This document shows, piece by piece, positions 51,591 through 63,943 of a DNA stretch of 64,000 nt. The stretch comes from Dimorphilus gyrociliatus. Lineage: Eukaryota; Animalia; Annelida. Position 1 is the first letter of the stretch. The number at the start of each line of letters is the position of its first letter. The notes beneath the pieces were generated by a model. That model searched no databases, was not told the origin of the DNA, and saw nothing but the letters and a program-made list of their open reading frames with translations. The stretch is taken from contig CAJFCJ010000012.1 of the NCBI GenBank assembly GCA_904063045.1, forward strand, positions 1,178,001-1,242,000. The letters run 5' to 3'. The translations under genes were made by a program, and so were the position numbers.

Positions 51591-52349
51591 ATGGAAGCAA
51601 GATTACTAGAAGCTAGTGAACATGGTGATCTAAATACAGTGATTAAACTCTTAAAAAAGTTACCTTTAGTTCAAGTAAATTCTCAAGATGCTTCTGGTGA
51701 TACCGCATTAATAAAAGCTTGTCGAGGCACGTTAAGTTGCTCTTTCTCTAATATATTCATATGTGTAAGAAATTTGTCATGAACATGAAATATAAACCAT
51801 ATGCGATTTTATTTCAGGGGGACATTTTGATATTGTGAATGAACTTTTAGACGCCGACGCCCTTGTCTCAAGTAAAAATAAAACTTCAACAACAGCCCTT
51901 CATATCGCTAGTTATAGTTAGTATAAAAAATTTAAAAAAAGCGAAAATATTTTTAATAATTGTTTATCAATGAAAAACTATGTGCTTCTTATCTATTAAG
52001 ATGACGATCGGAATCTTGTATCGAAGCTGATTTTAGCCGGTGCTGACCTAAATGCTAAGAATAAAAGCGGTTTTCGACCACTTGATTTATCCGGCTTTAA
52101 TAGCAACAGTCGGACGGTTTTATATAACGCAGACAGGTTAAAACCATATCTCTTCCGATTTAAGAACAGTTTTAATTTCTAAGCCATTCCCTCTCTACTG
52201 ATATAAACAGAGGTATTAAACCCGTGTTGCCAGAACCGATACAAGAGGTTCCATCTATCCCAAGCCACGCCTTAATCCCAAAGAAAAAGAAGAAAAAAGG
52301 TAAAACAAAAGGTAAGAAATCAAAGAAAGGAAAAAAGAAAAAGAAGTAA
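51591..52349 (+). CDS. Small ankyrin-repeat protein with poly-lysine C-terminal tail (169 aa)
   Basis: Exons 51591-51726, 51818-51916, 52001-52136, 52211-52349; GDTALIKACRG|GHFDIVNELL, TTALHIASY, GADLNAKNKSGFRPLDL ankyrin motifs; tail PKKKKKKGKTKGKKSKKGKKKKK*. First intron is best modelled as GC-AG. Confidence 0.88.
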
Positions 52350-53929
52350 ATGGAAAAACCGCATTAAACGTGCATCATAAAATTACTTTTGAATGGATAT
52401 TGCTTTTAGTTAAACAAGAATTATTAATAACTTTTCATATCTAAGAAATTGCCTCTTAAAGTCGTTTTAATCGGTTTGAGTTTAAACAGACATTTGTTGT
52501 TTGTAAGGATATTTTTCAAGATTGACTACCGAAAAGAAAACGTTTCACTCTTATCTTAAAACGTTTTCTCTATGTTCTCCTTAACCTTAATAAACATCTC
52601 TTTTTGTTAAACTCATAATCAAATGGAAAAGGTCAAGTTTTTTAAGAATAAAACATCAACTAAACAATTTGCTATTTTGATGTAATTTCGCATCTGTTCA
52701 GTACATTTTTTTAGTGTAAATATTGAGAAATTTCTCATAAAGAAAACATAAAAATTCCTTCTATGAACTTCGTTTTTTATTTCATTTTTTTTAATATAAA
52801 TATGTATACTGTGTATTGTATATGTATAATATTACAATTAAAAAAAGAAATAAAACTGCAATGTCGTTTTTAACCGCAAGATGACGCCCTAGTCTTTCAT
52901 TTAGGCTAGTTCGAATTATTAAATTCAATCATTTAGTGTGCTTTATTATCTACTTATTTACAATCCCTTTTTCTAATTTTGCATTAATTAATGAATTACA
53001 CAGTAATTGAAAATATATATATGAAATATTATTTATGGGATGATTATTATTAAATATCACCCAAAATCCAATACAAATAGGGGTGGGGGGTGGGGAATTT
53101 ATGTTATTAATATCTTTGCGAACAATAAGAATCCGATCGAGTAAGCCTCCTAAAGCTATCGAATGCAATTCTTAGAAACGCTAAAAAAAAGCTCAGGATT
53201 TATATTTTTTTTACTCTTTGGAGGAGACAAGAGGGAAGATATTTGTAAATCCCTACAGCTGTCTATCTTCTTAAGGGAGATTCGTTAGGAGTGTACATCT
53301 CCTTGTCGTAGTAAGGAATTAGAACTTAACTGTTCGCCTTAAGTACTTTACATGCCTAAAGTTATTTAATACCGTTGTAAAATTTGACAATTGCTAAAGT
53401 CGAACATTCAATTGTTTCATTTAGATAAATATCGTTTATATTTGAATGAAAAACATTAAACACATGTTCTTCTTTGTCCCTTCCATCCTTTGTTGTATAT
53501 ATTTAAATATATCTTTTATAATAAATTGCGTAATTCTTCGAAAATGCACAAAATTTCAATATGTTCATGTGAATTTTCATCTGAACTTTGTAAATATTCA
53601 TTATACTGTATATAATATATATATTTCATATTTCTTTTTTGAATAAAAATTAATGAACGCAAAAGATGTTAACTTGAGAAAAAAAGAAAAAGGAGTCAAG
53701 AGAAGAAAAAACTACAAACACAAAGAAGAAAAGGGAAAAAATAGCTGTTTAAAAAATATCAATAAAAATACAAACTTTTCCATAATTCATTATCCAATAA
53801 TGGATTATTAAGTTTATGTACGCAATATTTAATCAACGTTTTGTAGAAAAGGAAAAATTTAACCATAAACACGTACGCTAGTAATACCAATTTAATTATT
53901 GTGAGCATAATATTTGTACTAATTTTTAA

Positions 53930-55931
53930 TTAGCAGCAATTGTTATTTTTCGATCTCGGTAAATTACGTGATGGTGGCTTTCCATCAAGCACTATTTGGT
54001 CCCCGTAGCCGTGATCTTGTCCATATTCCATAGCGCTATCATTTTGTAGAATCTAGAAGAAAAATGATAAAAATTGTTTTTAAGGTAAACCCTTTGAAGA
54101 TCAACTTAGTGTATAATTAATATATACTTTAGTAACTAGACACCGAGCAGCTTCGTCAATATTAATATTTTCCTTTGCTGATGTTTCAAACCAATTTGCA
54201 AAACCTCTCTCTCTGCAATACTCTTCCATAGCGTCGTGATCGTTCACAATGCCATCTCTTGAATTTTGATCGCACTATTATATTGAAAACAATCATAAAT
54301 TAATTCTCAAGAAATCAGCTTTATTTCCTTATTATACTAATTAATTAATTAATTAATTAATTAAAAATCTATTTATTTAAGGTAATTCTAATATATTTAC
54401 TTTATTCGCCAAAAGAACGCATGGTAGAGGACTTCCATCTGGTAGCTGAACCTTTGAATCCAAATCACTTTTCCATTTTTGGACGGCTTCAAAAGTAGAT
54501 GCCCTAGTAATATCAAATACAACAAAAGCACCAACAGCTTCTTTATAATAAACTCTTGTCATATTCCCAAATCTCTCTTGACCTAGAAAAATGCACGCAA
54601 AGATTACGTAATCAAATGAAATAGAAAAAGAATTTTGTAAATAAATTGAAAATAAATTTCATAATTAAATTTTGATGAAAGTATAAACATAAATAATTTC
54701 AAGTAGTAGGTAAAAGATAGGAACAGCGAGGGGTGATACAAATGAAGAGTGGAAAGATAACACATGGAGAGAGAGGGGATTTGATCACGAGGACTATTGT
54801 AACCCGTGCGAATTGAACGTTTGTTAAACAGTATGCCTATGGTCAGATTGTTTATTTGTGGAAAACAATCGAATCTTATCTGTGAATATACGAAACAATA
54901 AGCTATCGAATGTTTTTAACAACTTGTATGCGTGTGTGGCGACTTTTATACAGTTTTTACATTTAAAAAAAAGACAAAAAGCATCTAAAAATGGAAACTT
55001 TAACGTTGAAAAAATAAATAAAACTATATTAATGCTACTTCTTTTTTTTGTATAAATGTTCATCGTATCTTGAATACCTTTTTAGCACAGCTACTTTCAA
55101 GTTAAAGAATAAATACTGTGAGTACATATTTATCAGTTTAGAAAGATAAGGGAACTTAGAAGGTACTTTTGACCTGTTAAACGCATATAAAGAAGGGAGG
55201 GAGATTGAAGAAGAAAAAAAAAAGATATTGTGTAATACCTGCTATATCCCACAATTGTAACCTAATAACGGTATCTGCATCCCAATTGATCACCTTCAGA
55301 GCAAAGTCTACACCGATCCAAATAGATTTAAGGAAGATTCTATTTAAAACTATAATAAATTCCCAGACTATTGATACTTTAAAGAATAGAATCTTTCAAA
55401 TAAAATATTAGTCTAAAAGAAACTAGAATATTATAAAAACTGTATCGATATTTAATTTCTTGGTTTTCTATATTATTGAAAAGGATACTGTAGCCCTGTA
55501 ATGTTGAGAGAAGAATTGGTGAACGTATCGTTTAATAATAGAAGTTTTCCCTGATCCCAATTCGCCTATAACTAGAACTTTGTATAAATGCTCCTTTTGT
55601 TCTCCATTTGTAAGTGTGGCAGTCTGTAAAAAAGAATAAGGAAATTAATCTCATAAAAATGTTTTAATGAATGCAGTGTATTAATAAGATGGATATTTGC
55701 CCTCCAGACTTATTTAATATACTAATAATATCAACAAGTATAAAAGATAAGCGTTTAATCGGTATTATCGTTCAAATTTTTTATCATTTGATTTAGCAGC
55801 CACATGAAGTGAGACAACTTTTTTTTTTACATAGCGTGCTTAGCAAACAAAGATGCTTCTAAGAACACGATTAAAAGTAAAGAATTTTTAACGGCTAAAG
55901 TGGAAGCAAGCGTAATTTCTCTACCTACCAT
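53930..55931 (-). CDS. RAB32: Rab32/38 family small GTPase (222 aa)
   Basis: Exons 55929-55931 (ATG|GTAGGT), 55489-55623, 55239-55317, 54401-54582, 54128-54274, 53930-54052. EHLYKVLVIGELGSGKTS, YRATIGVDFALK, WDIAGQERFGNMTRVYYK (Rab32/38 signature with I), NKCD, ETSAK, terminal CC prenylation motif. Confidence 0.94.
54338..54364. repeat. (TAAT)n tandem repeat in a Rab32 intron
   Basis: Directly visible. Confidence 0.9.
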
Positions 55932-57623
55932 GATTAGCGTTTTTATAGCGGAAATAATGGCCTAATCAATCAATTTCAAAGTTCAAAGCATTCTTCTTTC
56001 ATTACTGGATTCAACTAAAAGCTCACATGATTACTATAGATACTTTCGCTAGATGGCGCTATTTTAATTCCCAAGTAAAAAAGATTCTCGTAATGAATAA
56101 GTAGTCGTCCTGCGGATAATATTACCAGGGTACATAATTTCGTAGTTTTTGCTGTAATCAGTTCCATGGGATTCTTAGGGGGGAGCTTAATCAAGGTAAT
56201 AATTCACCACTTAATAATATTGATGGTGACGTTTACTTCTTTAGAGTGATTCTTTAGGACCGAAGGGAATCCCGTGACATTCAGGAGACCGCGACTTTTT
56301 TCCTGATCTTGTTAGGAAGTTTACTATAATTATAGGATTTGGAAAGTTGATACTCTTATAAAATAAACATCAAATCATTTTTGCCATAGTTAATTTGTGT
56401 TTTTGTCCTACTTGCTTCTTTCTTATCAAATTTTAATTTAAATATGCAATTCTGGGAAATACATGCCAGTTTAAATAACGTATTAGTTGCATCATTAAAC
56501 TTTACGTATTATACATGTTTTATGCTCAATAATTCGTGACTAACAACCAATAGTTATATCTGTATATTAGCTATTTATAAACTATATGTATAAATAGTAG
56601 TAGTATTTAATAAGTACTTTTAGCTTATGTAATTATAAATTAAATCATAAATTTATAAAAAGAAGTACTATATGGCTCTTTTCCTTCTTCCCGATGGGTA
56701 TATTAGATAAGGGAAGTTGCAAATCGACGCTTTTAAGAGTAATTGAAGGAACTGCCCTACGCCACGTTCGAATTTCGACGCCCGTCTAAAAAAAAACCAG
56801 ATTTTTATCGTACTTTGAAAAAAAAAGTACAAATAGGGGCGCTTCAGTCAAACTCTTCTTTTCAGAGAGGACAAACGCTTAATCCTTTATCGACGTTGTA
56901 TCAGCTAAACAGATGGAATATACTTTGCAAGAGGACGAATGAGGATATAAAGTTAAAATTTAAAGAATGACTCCTTCTTTGTAAAGTAACCGCCTGGGAA
57001 AGTATAAAATTTTTTATTTTCATTTAAACTATGCAAATGCGGAGCTTTCTTTCTTTTTTTTTTTAGCAAGTTACTTAATTGTAAAAGTAATGCCACAGTA
57101 TCTACATTCTCTGCCTTTTGTCCTAAGAATAAAAAGTAAACGAGTAAATTATTCATATAATCTTTGTTCGTCAAATATTACTATCTAACTTGATTTATTT
57201 ATTAACAAACGATGCGTGCTTACATGGTCTATGTCTTAATTTTTTAATGACACGATAGTAAAAAAACACGAACAGTTATGTAGAGATAAAAGAGCTTCGA
57301 AAGGCGGCGTCACTCGTCAATATTTGATCGTTGTTCTTTTGAAGTCAATTCAAAGTGGTGGCGCGTCTTTTGCTACAGGCTATTTGCTAACGGTTACTAG
57401 CTTATGAAGTCCCAGTGTCCGATTTGTAAATTGTTTTTCAGAATTTAAGGAGAAAGAGTTTTCATTTACATGCCAAGTTTTAGTTCATATATCAATATAC
57501 AGTATATACATAAATTTTTAACTATCGTTTCTAATATTCTCCTTTATTCTACAAAAATTTATAGCCATTTTATACATTTTGCAGAAACGGAAACAACCAC
57601 GCAATGCAGATCAAGAAAAGAGA

Positions 57624-60600
57624 ATGAATATATCGTTCAGAATGCTTCGCTTTATACCGATACATCATTTCCTAGGACAAATACCATTTGTGTTTTTAGC
57701 GATAACTATTTTAGGTAAGCTTCTCTATAATTAAATTAGTAATTATATAAATGCATTACAAATATTAATGATCAAACGAAGTCGAAAATCCTTCTTCATC
57801 AAATGCATTATAAACTACAAATGAATATTACATCTGCTTGAAATATGGACTATTGAATTTTCATTTCGCTGTAGCATTACTGACCATAGTCAAATACAAA
57901 TTATCGTTTTTTCTTTTTTAATATCAAAATCTCTTCATTTCTTTACCATAGAGGATTGGATTAGGGGAATTATCAATTGTAAACAATTAATAGCGTGACT
58001 GTTAGCAACTTGAAATTTGTCACTCGGAAAAAGTACTCAAGCCAGTTTTGTATAAGCTAATCCCCTTTGTAGAGGATGCAGTTCCCTCTCTCATGAAATA
58101 AGCACATATTTATTTACAGGAAACCTTAGGTCTCTTAGGATGGAACAGCTGGCTAAGTAGCAAGGACGGTACTTTTAAGTATAAATGCAAATTAATAGTA
58201 CTTTAACCTATTGGGATAGTTGAAAAGTGTCTAAAGCACTATTCAAGTTATAAAAATCTTAAATCATAGTATCTTTAAAGAGAGAGATTTGTAGACATTA
58301 TCAGTAAATCCTCAAAGAATATAAAAAAGAATCCGTACTAAATAAACTACGTAACGTCTATACACATTAGTATATTAACTATTTGTAATTAAATTTGTTA
58401 TTAGTTTATCCTTTATAGGAACAATTTTCTCATCTTACAAAAGCTGTAACCGTGCATGTGTTCACCTAATTTTCCTATAATTTTATCAATTTCTTATATT
58501 TTTAGAAAACTCTCTGCAGTACAATATATTTAATTTACATTGTACAGCAATAACATATAACTAAATTAACTTTTGTCATAAAACAGAACGCTTCCTTTTA
58601 TGTAATTTTTAACCTTCATTTATTCTTTGCTTTCAATTTTAGTCTCTTCCTGTATATAGTATACCTCTCCTTCCAGTCCGCCTTCTTCGCCCCTTTCATC
58701 CTCTTGCCTTTTTTTTGTAGATTACTAAAAGTAATAATATTTTTCTATGCGTATTTAATTTTGCAATTGATAAAATGTCTTGTTTGCTTTAAAATAATTC
58801 GTTAAGTTGAACGTTTAGCCTAAATGTAAAAGAGAAAGAGAAAGAGAAAGAAGATAACGATTGATTGCTTGATAGGATTGGTAGCACTCTATTATTTAAA
58901 TAATGTCTTTCCCTATTCTGTTTTTTTAAATTTTATTTTATGGTAGCTTTAAAAGAAAAGACAAAACTAAGTCGGCAAAGCCATCTTAAAGCGTCTAAAC
59001 TCGTTTGTCTTTACTATAAATAGCCAGTTGAAGTTGTAACCGTCCCATCAGTTATCATCCTTAAATTAAGCTAAAAATTCGATTAGAAAGGACTTGTTTC
59101 TTCTCAGAATATATATAAATTTATATACATATATAAATATATCTAAAATTTACATATTGAATAAAAAGAATAAAAATTACTGAGATTATTATCTTGAATT
59201 GTTCTAAAATTCCATTTGGGATATCAATATTCCTACTCCATACACCCAAACAACAAAAATCTTATTTTGCTGCCTGAAGGACCTTAGTTTAATTCAGCTG
59301 TCACCATATTTGTTTATACTGGCAATATTGAGAATAAATCTAGCGTTCCATTTTTATTGTTTTGTTTTTTTTTGTATTCTTGTTTTTTACATTTATTATA
59401 AAAGTTATATTAGACAAAAATTGTAAAATTAGCGTAGGAAACAAGGTATCTAATTTAAAGAGAGAAAAACAAATTACTGTAATCATTTCCATAGTCTTTA
59501 AACGATTTTATTTTCTATTAGAAAATGAAGAAAAACAAGATAAATTCCCATTTAAATATCCTTTTTTTTTTGGAGTATAGTTTTGCCATTCCAATTGTCT
59601 TTTCCTACTAATCTACAGGGCTTCGATGATGCCACCAAAGTACCATAAAATCGCACTGAGCCATTATATCAAAGTCATCTCAGGCCTTACTTGCTTTTCC
59701 TCCTTTTAATAGAAATTAAGTAACGTTCTAACAAATATAGCGCAAACGGTCGGAAAGAGTTACTTGACGCTCTTAGAATTTGTTGTAAATAGGCAATAGA
59801 AAAAAGCAAGAAAAACGCTCCATTCTCACCTCATCTTTTTATTTTGCAGCAACACGTACAGGTTCGGCTAAACAACCTCGTCCACACCTCAGAGTGACAA
59901 CCATTTTAGTAAGTTTGTTTGCGATTTTGCGGTTGTTTGACATTTTAGAGAGGCGTTTGACAACTGAGTCAGTTGATTGCTGTCGGAAGCTCGTGGCTTC
60001 CCTAAATGCCTTCTGGGCGTAAAAGAAAATATACGTATGTTAAATCAAGTGCGATGCTTTTTTCTATTCTATCATACCATTTTTGGGGCAGACTGCAATT
60101 GGGAATTTCCCGAAGTTTACAGACTAATTTTAGGCGCGTGATAAGATTTATTTCGTTTCTTCTTTACGATTTTTCTGCTACTTTTTTAAAGAAATAAATC
60201 ATCCTATTGACCTCGATCGTTTTTTACTATTCTGTTATAGAATCACCCTTATGTGATGCTCAAGCATGGTTCAACTGATGAATATATAGGTTTCATTCCT
60301 GACTTGTTGAGTAAATTGGCAGATAGGATGATGCTTGATTATACCTTAAAAGTTGCGCCAGACTCAAAATATGGTGTTAGAAATCGATTAACAGGGAATT
60401 GGGACGGTATGATAGGACAAGTTTACCGTAATGAAGCAGATGTTGCTGCATCTTCAATTTTCTATACAAAACAAAGGGACAATTATGTTGATTTTACAAT
60501 ACCATTTTTAAATGTTTCGGCAAGCATAATATATAAAAAGTCCGAATACGCTCAAAAGATAAGAATAACTAAAGCCAGTGACCTATTAAACCAAGACTTT

Positions 60601-61125
60601 TATAAGTTTGGAACTTTGTCACGGGGACCAATAAAAATTGCTTTCAAACGGACCAATAACTCCGTCTATAGGGATTTGTGGAGAAAAATGGATAGGTTTT
60701 ATCCCCATGTATTTTATGCTACCAACGACGATGCTTTACAGAGAGTTCGCAGCGATCCACGTTATGCTTTTATCCTGCCGAAACCAATAGCTGATTATAT
60801 AGTTGGTAGGAAACCTTGCGAGCTATTACAAGCCGATTCATTTCTACTTAATCAACGATATTGTCTGGTCTTGAAAGAGAACAGTACATATTTGTGGCGC
60901 TTTAATTATCATTTGAAAGAATTAACTAAAAATGGTTTTCTAGCATCGATGTATAGAAAATGGTGGATAAATTCGGCCGAATGTTCACACCATACTGCAG
61001 GTGGCAGTAGTAGTTTCAGTGCTGAAGTTGGCAATGGAACAGGAGTATCAAAATGTAGCTTGTACTTCAGAAAAGTCTTCATTATCCTTATTTTACATTT
61101 GTTTACTTTCCATATACATATATGA
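57624..61125 (+). CDS. Secreted/GPI-anchored iGluR-type ligand-binding domain protein (S1-S2 fused; no ATD, no M1-M3 pore), 344 aa
   Basis: Exons 57624-57714 (MNISFRMLRFIPIHHFLGQIPFVFLAITIL, signal-like; AG|GTAAGC), 59850-59908 (..PHLRVTTIL|GTAAGT), 60241-61125 (NHPYVM..YIGFIPDLL..KYG..WDGMIGQV..ADVA..R..VDFTIPF..IIYKK then directly S2: SDLLNQ..FGTL..LWRKM..YAFI..KPCEL..Y..KELTKNGFL..KWW..EC). Phases 1 and 0 match. Confidence 0.87.
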
Positions 61126-62528
61126 ATTTTACTGCTTACTTATTCTCAAATTTAATAAAAGCCATTTCTTTTTGTCTATGCTATAGATACTGCAAATGAA
61201 CCATAAAAACCTAAACATACTGTACTGTATAAATAATTATTATAAAATCGAGTAGGCCTAGGTATATTGATATATAAATGTATAATAACAATATTAATAA
61301 AGATATATCAAGTTCAAATCGACAAACTACCCTACTAACCAATATGCATGTTAATGCGAATACATTTCTACAAGTGGAGAATCTGAGGCATCTGTATTTA
61401 CAAAAAGGAATGAGATTGCATGAAATTCTTTATCCCAGTTTTCATTACGTTTCTTTTTCTTTGATTTTCGATAGAAAGTTTGTTGGGAGTTACAAAAACA
61501 GCTGATAAGTACAGGTGCTAGAGGGAATATTAGATATTTAGTAAGTTAACATTATATTTAGTTAGGAATGGACCAATGCCTAAAATATAGATGGTAGAAT
61601 GTTAAAAAAATCATCCGTTAAGAGATTAGATATTGGGTTTATTCTTAAATACATTAAAAAATAAAAATGGAGCATGTAACACTGACAATATTACTGTTAC
61701 TCAATAGTTAATGGGTTACAATGTGCTATTAAGATATATAAAATATTTAAAGGAAGTAACCGAAAATGGTAATTACACCTCTCGTTGGAAGAAGAGGAAA
61801 TAATCATAATCTCATGGGACCTGTAAATGCATAAGTTAAATTAAGAGAAAACTGAAGAAGCTCATTGTCTATTAAGTGAACTTTTTTCAGTCTGTTCCTA
61901 TCTTGAGTTTGAAGAGCTTCTTAAAGGTTAAATAAATAACAAATTTATATAAGGATTATTCGATAATTTACGGCCAAAATGATTTTAAAAGTTCAATAAC
62001 TTTATGTTGAATTCTATAGAATGCAAATTGTTTTGTATTTTTAACGTATAAATTCCATAAAGTCGATTATCAAGTTGAAATGCAAACTTTATTAGTATAG
62101 AGATCTAACGTGAAGTATGTAAACTTTCTTTTTGCGGCAGCAGCATCTAAAGAAAAACAATAATTTTTTTCCATCGCCTTTTTTCATATTATTGTTGGAA
62201 AAAAAACTTCCAAAACTACGACTTTTTATTAAGAGAACTGGTGAGAATACAACCGTTAAATCCTGGGGGAGCGATAAAAGCGGCCAGTAATACAACGGAA
62301 TAAATCGCCGTGTCATACTAACTGCATTTGGTAACCATGGACTTTAAAAGATCTTTTAAATTTTAGATAATATAATCGGAAGTTTCCTGGTTTAAGTTTT
62401 TATTATACAATTTTTATTAAACGTTAAACCAACTATTTTTTTGTATATACAAATACAAAATGCACCATTTTAATAACTAGCAAGGAAAACGTGTATCACA
62501 GAAAAATACGTTATAAATTTAATTCTTC

Positions 62529-63943
62529 TTAAACGTTGCTGTCCAAATCTTCAGATTGTTCTCTTATAGCTAATTGAGGTGATACTGGGACAGCTGATGC
62601 GGGACTTGTAAAAAATGCCATTCGTTCTCTGAAGAATAATATTAATTACTTGATAACTATTGAAATTTTGTATATTCATCAATATTACTTAAATAATGCA
62701 GCGTTAGGTTCCTTTTGAGCTCTTCTTAACTTATTTATTTCGTGGGTTGCCTTTTTTAATTTCTTTTCGGCCAGATCTTCTACTTTCGAATCTTTGGTAC
62801 AAGATTTTTCTCTCTCATTCTAATGATTTAATTAAGAGAATCGTTAGTAAAATTTTACAAATATTTATGATCATACCAATTTTTCTGCTCTATTTAGAAT
62901 TGATTGGCATCCATCATCTCTCATCCATTCAGGTAATTCACCTTCTTTACCCCGTTTAATCTTTTCTAACTCCTCTTTGACTAGAGTTAATCGAAGAATA
63001 TCTTCTTCTTCCTGCTCAACTCTCTGTTTGGAAGCCTGAAGCGCCAATTCCAAATCCAAAGAGGTAGGGGCCTGAGTTGTTGATTTTGCCTTCTTAACGT
63101 TCACAATTGGGGCTTTAGATAGTCGAATACTTCTTCTTTCAGATGCATAGCGTTGAAAAGGTGATTTTCTTTGATATTTTGGGAGAGTTGAATCGCTATC
63201 ACTTCTGTTTAACTGAAAAAAAATTATCCAATGTATATGCGGCGCCATCTATGTATTTAATAGGATACTAACTCTGTATATATTATGATCGTCGAAGTTC
63301 AAATCGGAATGAGCAGGAGAAAATGTTTTTGATCGTCGTATGAGTTTAGCATCTTCGGAAGCTGTTACCATCAATTTAGATGGAGGATTGCAAACGGCTG
63401 CTTCAGTATTGGTTTCAGCGTCTCGTTTCACTAGTCTTACAGTATCACATGGCGATAATTCTTCTTCAATCGCATATGTTTCCTCCTCAATCTCCAAAGG
63501 TGAACTCTCTCGAGTATCGACAAGATTTTGAACAGAACTTGGATCAAGATTCCTCGACAGTGTAGAAGGCTGAGAGGCAATAATTGTTGATTCGTCACTA
63601 CTCTCTTCACAAACACTTGATCCTCGAGTAAGTTCACGTGCTCTATGAGAATATTGATAAGTTTTAAAGAATAAAAAAACCTGAAATGAAACCCTTTACA
63701 AGAGGGTATTCATCAACGAGTATAGGAACTATTTTAGGAATGGTGCCACATACAATACTCAAATTCTAAAGGCCTATTATAAAGTTTATTGACATAGGGC
63801 GTCTTTATAATGTGAATTTGAATATTAGGATATAAAACCATTTTAGTATTAAAAAATATGACTCACTTTGAATTTCGTGGAGATTCAATTCGTAATCTGT
63901 GATCTGATGTGTCGAGTAGTTCTTTAACTTTATCGGCTCCTTC
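62529..63943 (-). CDS. KIBRA: KIBRA/WWC family protein, C-terminal exons (5' part beyond the right edge)
   Basis: Exons 63867-63943, 63273-63642, 62877-63212, 62689-62819, 62529-62628, all in phase. Hallmarks EESSDESTII, RRSKTFSP, RLNRSDSDST, SERRSIR, TSLDLELALQA, ELPEWM, FKERMAFFT. Confidence 0.92.

Noticed and set aside
56000-57200. Possible extra N-terminal exons of a long Rab32 isoform (e.g. 56669-56785)
   Set aside because: No recognisable homology and weak donors; ATG|GTAGGT at 55929-55931 already gives a complete protein.
60006-60197. ORF 60006..60197 as the signal-peptide exon of the iGluR-like gene
   Set aside because: Exon 59850-59908 supplies the conserved LRVTTIL strand with a GTAAGT donor, and 57624-57714 gives a better signal peptide.
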